A stretch of DNA of 64,000 nt from Vitrella brassicaformis CCMP3155 (GCA_001179505.1 CDMY01000069.1:1-64000), one strand, 5' to 3'; positions 1-12,317 are shown, counted from the first letter of the stretch. Notes: generated from the sequence alone by a model not told the origin. Numbers and translations: made by a program.

Positions 1-395
1 GAGCTCATCTTTGTGAGACACAGCCAGAGAGTGTTTGTTTCCTCTGTCTCTCTCAGTCAGTCAGTTGTCGTTGTTGATTTCTGCTGTGTGTCCGCCAGTC
101 ACCAAGCGCTTTCGGCTTTTAACCTGTCGGATAAATAGCGTGCTCAGGTTGCTCGTAGAGTAGTTGATGACCAAGCAGATGGAGTCAGAGTTTTTTCTCT
201 CTGAAAAGACCCAGTCTGCCTAACGCTATGGCGTTGGGCTTCCGCTGGAATAGGGCTCCGTTTCACGAAGCTACCTAAGAAAGCGGGTATCTCCCTGGGC
301 TCTGACCAGGGGTAACTGGCCAGACGGTAATATGTTTGGTTCTGCTGCTCGTTTCACGTAGCAGCCTGGGCTAGGGCTTGAGTGCCCTTCGACAG

Positions 396-1949
396 ATGCT
401 GTCGCAGAGCACTCTATCGCCAGCGGAGCGGCGCTTCCTGGAGGACGGCGTGCGTCAAGGCTTCCGCAACGACGGCCGGGGACTGCTGGACTATCGGCCA
501 TACACTGTGGAAACCGGGATTCTTCCATCAACATCAGGTGGGATGTAAGGCTGGGCTTCTTGTTGGAGTAGGGTCACGGCCTGTTTCCATGTTTGCGCGT
601 CTGCTTGCAGGTTCCAGCCGTGTGCGAAGCTTCGGCACTGACGTGCTCTGCGCCGTCAAGGTAATACACGTACTGTATCCGTTCGAATCAGCCTCACATC
701 TGAGGGGCGAGGCTAGCTGCAGTCACACTATCCCTCCCACACCGGTCATGCGTGGCTCAGGTTGACATGGGCTCTCCGCCAGCCGACAAGCCCGACGAGG
801 GCGTCGTGTCCGTCAACGTGGAATGGTGAGTGGCCAAACCAGCCACCCATGAAACAATGGCTGTTCATGTACCTGCTGTGTGCTGGGCTGTTCATCAGCT
901 CGGCGTCTGTAGCGCCTCACGGTGAGCTGGAGGGCGGGTCGAGTTCGCGTGCGACGGGTCGTGTGGGTGGCGGGAGGAGGGATGACAGCGGGGAGGGCTG
1001 GAGTGCCTACCTGGGGGCGCTGCTCGACGACCTCTGCCTGCCCCCGTGTGCGCTCGACAAGAAGGCCCTGTGCGTGTCGCCACACGTCTACGCATGGCAC
1101 GTCAATGTCGATATTCTGGTGGGTCGGTGGGTGATCAAAGGGGAGGGGAGTCAGCCTGGCCTGGCAGCCATCGTGTGTGTGTGTGTCTGTGTGTGTTGGT
1201 TGATCGATCAGTTGTTGAATGCCGCTGGCGGCGTGTTGGACGCCATGAGCCTCGCCATGCGATCCGCCCTCCGCGACACCACGTAAGTAACCAGACCACA
1301 CACACAGCCCTGTGGACACATCAACCTCTCGTGTGTATGTGTGTGCATGTGTGTGTTGTGTGCGCAGGTTGCCGAGCGTATCCGTTGGTTCCCGCGATGA
1401 GTGGGAGGAGGAAGACACTGCGGATGGCGTGCAGCAGTCCAAGCCTCCCTTCGATGTGGACGAGCGGCCCACGGCGGGGACGCCATTCCCCGCACAGGAC
1501 ATCCCTGTCTGCGTCACTGTCGGACAGGTCAGTCAGCCACTCAAGGAACGAAGATCCGGCCATCTACCTGTCATCTGTCGCTTGTGTGTGGTGTCAGGTG
1601 TGCAGTCACTACGTGTGGGATATGTCGTCTGAGGAGGAGAGCTGCGCGGAGGCCCAGGTCACCGTGGCCGTCGACAGAAACGGACGATGCGTCGCCGTAC
1701 ACAAATCGGGTGGATACACATACACACACATACAGCATGACGCCCACAGCAGTCTTCGGACGCACCTATCTGTATGCAATATGTGTGTGTGTAGGCATGG
1801 CATCGATTGACCCGACAGGTCTTCTGCAAGTGCTCAAGGACGCCGGCCGTGTGGGCGTCGAGCTCATCAAGAAGCTTGAGGCGGCCATGGCCAAGCTGGG
1901 GACGGGGCAGCCAGTGGTGCGGGAGAGGCTGGGGTTCATGGCCGCCTGA
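396..1949 (+). CDS. RRP42: Exosome complex RNase PH-like subunit RRP42 (EXOSC7), about 7 exons
   Basis: ATG at 396 opens MLSQSTLSPAERRFLEDGVRQGFRNDGRGLLDYRPYTVETGILPSTSG. GT-AG spliced exons continue GSSRVRSFGTDVLCAVK, WHVNVDIL, GGVLDAMSLAMRSALRDTT, DIPVCVTVGQ, AQVTVAVDRNGRCVAVHKSGG and end ELIKKLEAAM...GFMAA*. This is the RRP42 pattern (R.DGR...YR; D.....GG..DA...A...AL..T). Confidence 0.9.
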
Positions 1950-2647
1950 CTGATACATGTGATCGACGTGAGTGATATATCTAGGTCTGTCTGCGTGAGG
2001 GTGTGGTGTGCAGCCACTAGCTAGCTAGGACATTTGTGTGCCAAATGGATGAGGACGTGACGTGACGAGACGAGACGTGTATTCAATCAAGAGGAGTCTC
2101 TCCGTTGGTCTCTACGATAGATATTGTCCGTACACACACGGCACGGCACGCCCATGCATACGTCCGTGAGCATGCGGTCATCCCACGCATCCCCCCGCAC
2201 ACCCAACCCACCCACGCCCCATTTCTGTATGTCTGTCTGTCTCGGCTGTCTATCTACTTGGGTCCATCCATTTCTCGCTGCCTCCATCTCTCACTTTTGT
2301 ATGTATGTATGTGTGTAGCGGCACCTGGTACATACGAGAAGAGGTCACTCACCTGAGGTGGATGCCTGCGCTGCATGCCTCGTGCAGCTCCTCGTGCAGC
2401 TCGCGACGCGACGTGCGGCTGCATACACACCACAGGACAGACAGACAGCACAGTGAGAAGCCACTGCATGTGAGTGCGGTGCCGTCCGACATACATGAAG
2501 TGCTCGTAGCAGAGGAGCGAGCTGCACGTATCGACACACACACAGGGGGAGAACGCAGACGATGAGCGGATGGCAACTTGCTTATCCTTCTGTCTGTCTG
2601 TCTGTCTGTCTGTATGCGTGTGTGAGTGTGTATGTGTCATCGGTAGG

Positions 2648-4867
2648 CTACTTTTTGAGCACGTGCTTGAAGAACGGATCTGAACACAAACATACACAAC
2701 TCGTGTGCGGGTGTGGTGTGTTTGTGTTTCCGTGTCTCTCCCTCTCCTCCCTGCCTCTCTCTCTTACGCCGGAGTGCCTCGGCGCCGAAGATGCGCTCAT
2801 ACGGATTCAGGCACAACATCCTGCACACACACACCGCCACACAGACAGACCCGCGGAACCCCATCTCGCCACGAGCGCCATAGATCCGTCCGTATGTGCA
2901 TTGGGGTGTGTCTCTTCTCTTGCTCACTCACTTGCTGAGCAGGTCTACGGCCATGGCTTCAGTCATGTCATCCATGTCCTGGCGGGGCGGCACCGCCTCG
3001 CGCAACACATCCACCAACGCACGCTCGGGCGCCTCCCCAAACTGCAGCGTCTGCACCACCTGCACACACAACACAACACACGGCACACTCAAAGAGACAA
3101 CATCCAGCCGCCCTCCCCTCACCTCGTAGTTTGGGAGTGTGTCGACGCCCGCCCATGTGGAAGGGCTGGGCTTGCCCATGACGCGGCACACCTCGGACAG
3201 CGTACCGTCGTTGCTATTGCCCTTCCCCCCAAACAGACGACGGCCCGTCAGCAGCTCGCCGAAGATGCAACCCACCGCCCAGATGTCCACCTGACCGATG
3301 CAATCAATGCATATGAATGAATGGACGCACGCATAACATAATCGCTCGTGTGAGCAGACGGCTTTGTGTATTTATTGTATGTATGTATGTATGTTTGTTG
3401 TGTCTGTAACCGTACCGCCCAGAAGTGGTCCTTCTGGTAGAGCAGAAGCTCGGGGCTGCAGTACATGGGGGTGCCTGACGGTACGGTGGACGGACAGGAC
3501 ACATAGAGGCAATACAATTCAGCCTGTGTGTGTTGTATATTGCGTGCGGTGTGGTGTGGCGACGTCCATGTGATGTCCGCACGGACCGACGTATTTGGGT
3601 TTGCGCGGCTTCTTGGACGGGTCGCACGGGGTCGGCTGCACCATCCTGACACACACAGGGAGAGAGAGAGAGAAACGGACCAAGGTGGCTATGGTGGGTA
3701 TGTGGGTGTTGCTGAGGCTCACCCGAAGTCGCAGATTCTGACATAGTGGACGTCGTGTGACCGTCCGTGCTGGTCCAGCTTCAGCAGAATGTTGGAGGGC
3801 TTCAAATCACAATGCATCACTGCACAGAAACACACACAGCTGGGAGCCTCCGCAACGCAAGAGCGTTCGCCTCGTTAGTCCCCACCTTCCTTTCCCCCGC
3901 AACCGCCCCTACAAATACCAACAAGCAAACAACACACAGACAAGAAGAAGTCCCCCAGACCACTCTCTCTCTCTGTGCCTGCGTGTGTCAGTGTGGGTAT
4001 TGGTGCACTTACGAGTGTAGGTGTGTGACGCCGAGCAGCACCTGGTAGAGGATCTCTGCCACCTGTCGGATGGGCATCTGCTGTCGGTTGTGGTGGATGT
4101 AGGAATGGTAGTAGCTGTCCAGCGTCACGTCACCCAACTCTACACACACACCACACACACACACGTCCACGCGTGGAAACAATGCCCTCAGCCTGGCTGC
4201 AGAGGTGGTGTGTCAGTGGTACCTAGAGTGTCAGTGGTACCTAGAATGAGGAATGCAGTGTTGTCCTGGTCGATGTGTGTGCCGAAGAGCTTGACGATGT
4301 TGGGGTGCCAGGCCATGGCGAGCGTCGAGATCTCCAGGTATGTGTCGGGCGACAACGGCCGCACCACACCACCTCCACCCAACGAGCTACTCTTGCATCC
4401 TATCTGCACACACATCCATCCATCCAACCACCACCCGCAGTAAGTAAGGGCCAGAATGACCTGCCACGCAGCGCAGCCCTATGTACGTACCCGTTTGATG
4501 GCGTAGTGTCCCGCCTGTATGTCCATGTCGAGCTCCCTCTTGATCTGCCCAGCCGCCTCCCTCGTCAGAAACCCAGAAAACACAGACCCATAGGTGCCGC
4601 TGCCCTGTTCATAAGGATAATTAACCATACACAGCACCCATCTGATCGGTGCGGGATCTTTCTACGTCCGCCGGCTTATCTGCCTTCTTTCCCGTTCCTT
4701 ACCAGCCGAGTGAGGTGTGTGAAGCGGCCAAGGAAGCCCGTGGATGTGTCCGGAGGCCCCGGAGGCGGAGGCGCGTCCATGTCCACATCAACGGGGTCTG
4801 CGGCGCCAGGCGAAGGACCAGCCCGACGATGACGGCCACGGCCTGCCATCGGGGCAAAAGGGCGCAT
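2648..4867 (-). CDS. Divergent cyclin-dependent-kinase-like Ser/Thr kinase (non-PSTAIRE, non-RD), multi-exon
   Basis: Spliced motifs: LGSGTYGSVF (Gly loop), YAIKR, SPDTYLEISTL (alphaC), HPNIVKL, MHCDLKPSNILL, ICDFG, YVGTPMYCSPE, DIWAVGCIFGELLTGRRLFGG, MGKPSPSTWAGVDTLPNY, LCLNPYERIFGAEALRHPFF, then TAG at 2648-2650. The start is the ATG at 4867 or 4849. Confidence 0.85.
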
Positions 4868-4899
4868 CTTGGCTGCTCAGCTGGCTGCCCCCGACCCCA

Positions 4900-4915
4900 G
4901 ATTTACGTGTAAATC
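4900..4915. promoter_or_regulatory. Perfect 7-bp inverted repeat (GATTTAC-GT-GTAAATC) near the centre of the CDK/cyclin bidirectional intergenic region
   Basis: Read directly: GATTTAC at 4900-4906, GT spacer, GTAAATC at 4909-4915. It lies between divergent ATGs at 4867 and 4954. Function is inferred. Confidence 0.45.
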
Positions 4916-4953
4916 CACGCTTCGAGAGCTGCCCCCCTCTCCGCCCAGCTGAG

Positions 4954-6603
4954 ATGTTAGGAGGAGGCTCGGCGGGCACGTCTACCGGCTCGGGTGAGGG
5001 TCGAGATCTGACGGACGTAGAAAAGCAGCGGCAGGAACGCGTGTACATCACGCGCAAGTATAGGCAATGGCACATGAAGGTCGTGGAGGTACAGAACACA
5101 CAGACAGACCCAGCCATCCATCCATCCATCCATCCATGTGTCAGCACGACAAGAAGCAGCACTTCATGATCCGTGGGTTCGACGCCTACGCCAACGCATT
5201 GGTTGCCGGGTGGACGACGCAGGACGGGACGGTGGCCTCGCTGCGGTTCGGTGCGGTGAGGGCGGGGTTTTGGGATCTGCTGGTCAACTGGCACAACACC
5301 AGCTCACTCAAGATTGACGAGAAGGTCATGTCCACTGCAATGAACATGTACGTGGCGGGCGAATGGGGCGAGGCAGGGAGGGAAGAAGGGGAGCCTCAGG
5401 GGAGAAAAGGAGGAAAGGGTCCGTGTCTGTGCCGTCACTGGTTGGTCTGCTGTGTCCATCTCATTCATCTGTGTGCAGGTTGGATCGGTACGCGAACAAG
5501 CGGTATCTGAGCGGCCTGCGGTCTCCCACCGACTACACCGCACTCATCATCAAGAAATACTACACGGTGAGGCCGTGAACGAACACGTGCACACACGTAC
5601 ACACACTCCTGATGATGACATGCATGTGATTTGCATGCTCTCCTCAAGGCGGGTTTGGTGTGCATCCATCTGGCGTACATGAATGACCACATCGAGCACG
5701 AGTACGGCGTCCCGGCGCAGCGGTTCTCTCAGAAGTTCTTCACGCGCCAGCTGCGTCTGATGCCCTCTCCCAGCCACTGGGCCACCCACGAGGAGCTGCA
5801 GATGACCCAGATAGAGGTGCTGCACCACCTCAACTACATCGTCTACTACCCATCGCCATTCGAGGCAAGAAAACGGGGAGAGAGACAGAGGGATGGCGTG
5901 TGGATGTTTCTGAGTGTGTGGGCGAGGGATGCATGTGTGTGTGTGTGCATGAGTGCAGACGGTAGAGCGTTACCTGACTGCGACGGGCCTCAAGGTGTCG
6001 GAGGAGCTCAAGGCCTATCTGCACGAGAAGGCGCAATTCCTCCTGGTCAGTGACATGGAAGGAGGGAACCAATGACATGGATGTGTGTGTCCTCTCCTGC
6101 CACTGTTGGTCAGTACCTGGCGTTTGGTTCAATCCGCTGCACGTGTCAGTCGACGGCCCAGCTGGCGTCCATGGCCCTGCACTGCGCCATCCGCATCGCC
6201 AAAAATGACCCCAACATCGCCACACCACGCGACCTAAAACTGTGGGTAATGAGGGGACGGGCATTGACGGACATGGACGGGTGGATGGATGCGTCTGTGT
6301 GTGTGTGTGTGTGTGTGTCAGCCCCTCGAGTTGGCGGATGAGAGCATGTTGACACACAGCCATGTGCTGTGGGAGACCGGCAAGAAAGTCATGGCCAACC
6401 TGCAAGTAGACCAGGTGCGCCCTGCCGCCAGCCCAGCCCACCACACACAACCATGGGACAGAGACATCAGCGTGGTGCGTCCGTCCCTGTCTGCGGTGCA
6501 GGTCAAGTTGGATGCGACGCTGCAGCGGTTCCGCTACACGCTGGAGACGGTGCGGCATGTGGAGGCGCTGCTGACACAGCCGCTCACACGGCGGGCGGGC
6601 TGA
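4954..6603 (+). CDS. Divergent cyclin (cyclin-box fold), multi-exon
   Basis: Spliced sequence VRAGFWDLLVNWHNTSSLKIDEKVMSTAMNM|LDRYAN...KKYYT|AGLVCIHLAY...ELQMTQIEVLHHLNYIVYYPSPFE aligns with the cyclin box MRAILVDWLVEV...LYLAVNYLDRF...LVGVAALFIASK...MExxILxxLxFxLxxPTPF. The junction AAC AT|G TTG GAT is in frame. Stop at 6601-6603. Confidence 0.8.
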
Positions 6604-7289
6604 CAGACAGACACAGGGATGGTGTAGAGATGCTTACGGGATGGATGGTGTAGAGGGTCGGCAGGCGACCACAGCGAGGAAGGGAGGGACAAACAGACCG
6701 ATTGATCGATGGCGGACAATACATTCAATGGCGTGAGAATGACCGACAGACTGTGAGCGTGAGCTCCTCGGATGTGCTTGCTGCATGCCATGTGTTTGTG
6801 CAGTCACTGCAGTGTACATGGAAGGTGCGTGCGTGGTGCGTATATGTCCATCCAGCCGTGTCTTGAGTGAGTGAGTGAGTGAGTGAGCAGGTTGACGCGA
6901 TACATGAATTAATGATTGATGCACTCATTCGTCAATCCATCCATCCATCCACGCGCACACATTCGTTCGCACAATTTCGACACACAAGGATGGCTGTCAG
7001 GGCTGGCAGGAAGATGCGCCGGAAGTGAAGTAAGGGCCACAAATGCATGAGTGAGGTCAGCAGCACTCACACACACACGTATAGTGACCACACCGCCAGG
7101 CAATCGATGCATTCTTCGTGCCAAGCATGAGCAGACAGTCCAACCCATCTCATCTCATCTCACACACATCGATGGATTTATCCACTCACAGAGCCGACTG
7201 TACAATCCCCCCCCCCCCCCCCCCGCCCCTCCACCGCCACACGTGCAGGTCAGAACAGCAGAGTAGTGTGGTGAGTGTATCGTGTGTGT

Positions 7290-10200
7290 CTACTCCTCCT
7301 CTCCTACCTTGGCCGCTCCCTCTGTCTCGCCGTACCCGTCTCCGTCTCCCTCTCCCTCCCCCTCTCCCCCCTCTACCTTGGCTCTCTGTCTGGCCTGGCT
7401 GGGTCGCAGCACTATCGTTCCGTCAGTCCTCTCTGTCACACGACACCTCTTCTTAGCCCCCTTCCTCACCATTCCAACCACCGACTTAGGCCTGCCGCCG
7501 TACGTGTACTCGAGGGACAGCACGACACTGTCGAGTGTCGGGACGGCTGAAAACGCCTCAACCACACACTCAGCGAAGGAGCCGCAGCACGTGCGCAGCT
7601 CGCGGGCGCTGAGGCGATGAAGCTTGATGCACACCTCGAGTGATGAAACACGGCCACTGTCCATGACCTCCCTGACTGCCTCGCTCTCCCCGTCCCCGTA
7701 CATTTCCCAACCGATAGAGATGTCAGTGCGTACCTGATCGTCTAAGTCATAGTTGTAGCGCCATCGATTGCATGTGATGTCATACTTCAGCTGTACTGCT
7801 AACTCCTTGCCTTCGCCTGACACGGACTCGAGGCCATCAGGCAGCAGTGTGCATGTGGCCTCAGGGTCCGCGCAGACAGACAACTCATAACGCACCTTCT
7901 CTAGGTAGGGGGAGAGGGCATGCAGCACATAGCCCGCCCCACGCCCAGACGCACCCACGCCCACTGGCAGCGCCCCCTCCCTCACCACAGTAGATGACAC
8001 ACTCGGAAACAGCGATGTGGGGTCGTCCGTGATGTATGAGGGCAGCAGGCCGGTGCCAGGGTAATGCACGACGGTGAGTTCGTGGACAAGCTCAAACACC
8101 ATCGAGTCCAGCCCGGGGGCCTCTTTGATGGTGTCGCCGGGCGCACGACTGTAGAGGGTCACCTTCTCGGCCTGCTGGCAGCACACCTCCACCGTCGAGG
8201 GGGAGTCGGTGAGGGCCTTCTGGTCGCCTCTGAAGGGCAGGTGGACGATGGGACCGCCCTGCAGCTCGCCCTCCTCGATGCGGCCGAAGTAGTCCTCGCG
8301 CGCGTCAGGGGCAAGGCACTTGGTGCGAAAACGATGCAGATTCTGTGCAGACGAACACGCAGACGGAAGGGCTGATGGGATGGCGATGGATGCAGAAAGT
8401 GTCTGTGTTCTTCCTTTACCTGTATGTCGTGTGTGTCATGGATCGTCCCGATGGCCATCTCGATCTCCTCCAGGGGGCCTGCCCCATCGCTCGTCGAGCC
8501 CACCAGATTGACGAAGCCGCTGCAGTCGGAGAACTCGACGCGGCCGGTCAGCGAAGTGAGGCTCTTGGCTGATTTGCGCACACACAGAGGGCACAATGGG
8601 GAAGGCGTGAGGCCGGAAATCAGAGCTGGTTTCTTCACCTGATTCTGTATTGTTGAGGACGTCTCTCACTTGGTCGAGACTCACAGCATTGCCACAACTC
8701 GGATCACCCTGCAGACAGAGAATGAATGCATGAAGACAAGTCGTCCCCTCTTTCTTTTTACAGACCTTTTCACAGATGATGTGCAGCGAGTTGATGCCCC
8801 CCTGAGCCTCCCGGATCCACGAGCGCGGCGCAGTCATGGTGATGTCCACCACACTGAGGCCCTGCAGTGACGGCATCTGGTACAGCCGGTCCTCCGCCAG
8901 CTTGGCCCACACCTTGTTCACGCTGGCCGACTCCACACGCTCAAACACGACAGCCTTCTGCACGGAGACAAGAAAGAAAGTGATGAATGCCAACAAGCAG
9001 TTGTATTTTGTCAGCCAGCTCCCCTCCCTGACCTACCTTGTTCCGTGGCAGGTCGAGTTTTGTCATCTTTTCCATGTCGCGACGCACGGACCAGTCCAGC
9101 TCCCACTGTGGCTTACGCCGGCCGTTCTTGTAGGTGGTGGCGCACTCGAGGGGGCAGTGCAGGTCAACACACTCGACAGTTGCCGACAGGCGCTCCAGCA
9201 AACACACCAGCGACGCGGTGGGAGGGTGGTAGATGCGCACGTCAACACACTCAGACAACGGACCTGACCACAACGCCATAAACGACAAACCACACATGGC
9301 TGCACGTACATGGAGTTTTGTTTGCCCTCTTGCTCCCGCCCTCCTCACCGGCCGTCCATTTCTTAGCGATTTTCATCTTGGGTGAGTCCTCCAGCTCGAC
9401 GATGGGGTGCATGCCGGCCTGCTGGGTGAGGTGGTGGAAGAAGCTGTTGACGCTCGCCAGCGACTCCAGACACGACACGAAGCCCAGCATGGCGCCCATC
9501 CCCACACCGTCGGCCATCCACAGGGCCTCAGGCAGATCTTCAAGCTGCGACTTGGTCTGAGAAAGAGAGCGCGAAGTGGCGAGTTCTCGCTCTGTGTTTC
9601 CTGTATTGTGTTGTGTTGTGTTGTGTTTGTGCTGTGCTGTGCTGTGGTGTGTTGTGTTGACCTGCTCGGTGTCGTCTTGGTCCATTTCGTTGAGTTTGTG
9701 TCGGATGGCGTCGAGTTTGCGAGTGTTCTCCTTCATCTGCTTGGTAGCGACCTTGTCTACGTGGCTGATTTGCGTGTTGGCGTCGGCACACACCATGCTC
9801 GACCACACGCGAATCTGACGATCAACTTCCTGAACAACACCACACACATACAAGGAGAGGCTGTGTCTGTTGATGTCGTTTGGTGTGTGTATGGTATTGG
9901 CCCTGACCGACTCACTTACCTGCATGCGGTGTTGCTGTTCGAGCGATTCGGGGTCCTGGGCGGCCTTTCTCAACTCATACACCTCACGAGCCTGCATGAT
10001 GGCATTCAATACACACACGCCAACGCGCTGCCTCCCCCCTTTTGCTAGCCTTCCTGCCCCACGAAGAAAAGTACCTGCTTCTCGGCCTGTTTGGCCTGCT
10101 TGAGTTGCGCCTCCAGCTTCGCCGTCATCTTCTTGAGAGCCTTCAGCGCATCAGCAGGACCAACCTCAACCACATCCTGCACACACAGCAACGAAGCCAA

Positions 10201-10528
10201 ACCACACAACACACGGAAATGCATCCATTTCGACACCCCGTCTGCATCCCTCACTGCCCACCTCGATATCCTCATCGCCGTCCGACACCTCCATCTTATC
10301 TCTCCCGCCGCCCTTCTTATCGCCCTTACCCTTCTCATCCCCCCGCTGCCTCTTCTTGCCGGCCTTCCTGCGCCGCCCTCCCTTGCCATATGCGGAGTCC
10401 TCCTCGTCACTACTGCTGGTGTCAACGTCCATGATGGGTCTCCGCTTCTGCCCGCCGGACGCCTTGAGCAAGGCCAGCTGGCGGGCCGTCATGCGATGGT
10501 CCTCCGCACCCTCACCTGCATCCTCCAT
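7290..10528 (-). CDS. Hypothetical protein: basic/acidic N-terminus, coiled coil, F-box-like motif and long C-terminal domain, multi-exon
   Basis: Chain of minus-strand ORFs 10166-10582, 10045-10425, 9251-10018, 8941-9348, 8436-8996, 8159-8638 and 7290-8192, with GT-AG junctions. LEDLPEALWMADGVGMGAMLGFVSCLESLASVNSFFHHL resembles an F-box (L.DLP.EL...IL..L....L..V...F..L). Confidence 0.6.
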
Positions 10529-10829
10529 GGTGAGAGGGAAAGAGAGGATGGCAGATCTACCTTGCGCTCTTCTGGCCGTCACCTCGCCAAAGTGCGGCGA
10601 GAATCTCCAGTGAGACGAGACGGAAACCCCGCAAACCCTAACTAATGAAATGGATCCACATTTCGCAATTCCCGTCCGCTCTGTTGCCTTCTTTCAGCCG
10701 CGCCTCCCCCATCTCTGTTTCGTTGGACTGCTTGTTGGCTTATGCGCTTACCTATTCTTCTTCAACCCGTCCCTCTTTGTCCAAGTCTTACCCGCTTCTC
10801 GAGGCCTTCTTCCCGTGATCCTGGCGAGT

Positions 10830-12263
10830 TCACCGCGGGTATTTATGTTTCATGGATGCACACGTGGTACCAGGGTCCCATTTAATGTCATCAGTTCCCG
10901 CTTCTGTATGCATCTATCAGAGACCTGCACACCGAGCCAGCGGCCGCCGACTTGGCCGACGTGGAGGAGGCGGCGCCGTCAACCAGGGGCCAGCACTCGC
11001 ATTCAATGCGGCTCCGCGGTTCGTATCGGCTGGGGGACCTCACTGCGGAGCTGACGGCAGGATACCGATAATGATACCGACAATGGCAGGGTGGCAGGGT
11101 AGCAGGGAGGGAGGGAGGGCTGGCTTGTATTCATGATGACTGTCTTGTGATGGATGGATGGATGGACAGGAAGAGGGGCTGATAGATACGGGGAGCGTGG
11201 CAACGAGGGCAAAGGCAGGGTATGGGTGCGACTGGCATCCTGTCGTGCCCGTAGGCAATCGTTGCCTACATTTTATATCCATGGACGTATTTGCTGAGCC
11301 GCCGCCGCAACACCAGGAGGGGAAAGGAATGACGGCATCTGTATCGTGGCGCTGCTCGGCCGCAACCCGACCAAGACGTTCAGGTGAGTCAGTCAGTCAC
11401 CCAGTCAGTCATCACACGCACCAGCCACCTTCTCTGTCTATGTCTCTGGTTGGTTGGTGTCAATGTGTTGTTGGCTGCCCGCTGCAGGAAGGGCCTCCGA
11501 CAAGACGGCTGCGGCTGGACAAGGAGGCCGCCAAGAGGTTCACTACACATCACCTCCCCGAATGAGGTAAGGAAGGCGACACACACACATAACGTATGTG
11601 TGTGTGTATGCCTTGGTCAATCCACATAAATTATCTCTCTGACGTGGATGCACACCAGGAGGGTCGGCATTCAATGTCATCAGTTCCTGTTTCTGTATGC
11701 ATCGCATCTATCAGAGACCTGCGCACCGAGCCAGCGGCCGCCGACTCGGCCGAGAGAGTGTTCTTAGGGAGCTGGTGGAGGCGGCCAAGAGGCATCTCTT
11801 CGACTACAACGACGCTGAGCGCGAGAAGATTTGGCGGCTGCGGGGAGCCATGAGCAACATACAGACAAACGAAAGGCACACATACAATGAAGGTATGGCT
11901 GTTCGTGTCTGCTGTGTGTGTAGCGCGAGTTGGACGCCCTACTCGTCAGCCCCAGTGCGAGAGGTGCGGTGTGGTTGGAGATCGCCCTGGAGAAGGAGCG
12001 GGCCAAGACCATGCTGCTCGAGTAGGTAGCCATCCATCCATACATCCACCCATACAAACTTACAAGCTTACAAACTTACAAACATGCACACAACGCGTGT
12101 TCGTTTTTGCAGGTTCCAGCTCTCCGCCTTCCAAGAGTGCCTGTAGCGCCGCAAAGGAGCCATGTTAGCCCTGTCAGTGACCCTGCTGCCGCCTGGCAGG
12201 TGAGGAGGAATCCGAAGCGCACACACCCTGCAGGGTCCGGTGCACTCTGCATGTGGCTTCCAT
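10830..12263 (+). pseudogene. Two tandem degenerate copies of a multi-exon repeated gene module (internally deleted copy about 10830-11230; longer copy about 11250-12263)
   Basis: 10850-10960 is repeated at 11640-11755. 11250-12263 matches 30288-31265 in inverted orientation, and 11030-11230 matches 29340-29720 inverted. Relative to the 25.7 kb copy, exon 1 has a 1-nt frameshift and exon 2 has an in-frame TGA. Confidence 0.7.
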
Positions 12264-12317
12264 GTGCTGCTGGAGGAAGAGAATGGGCATGCTGTCTGTC
12301 TGTCTGTCTTGCATCAG

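Noticed and set aside
1-380. Start of a minus-strand gene divergent from RRP42
   Set aside because: Possible splice signals exist, but the peptides are too short and unrecognisable to support a call.
2087-2600. Extension of the kinase gene to ORFs at 2087-2697
   Set aside because: Splicing gives a canonical ALRHPFF end with TAG at 2648-2650, so the downstream sequence is probably UTR or intergenic.
9407-10048. Numerous 100-300 aa ORFs antisense to real genes (e.g. 9407-10048+, 813-1517-, 45534-46196+, 52791-53291+)
   Set aside because: Shadow ORFs expected from GC-rich coding strands; they contain microsatellite-derived CVCV/HTHT runs and no domain signal.
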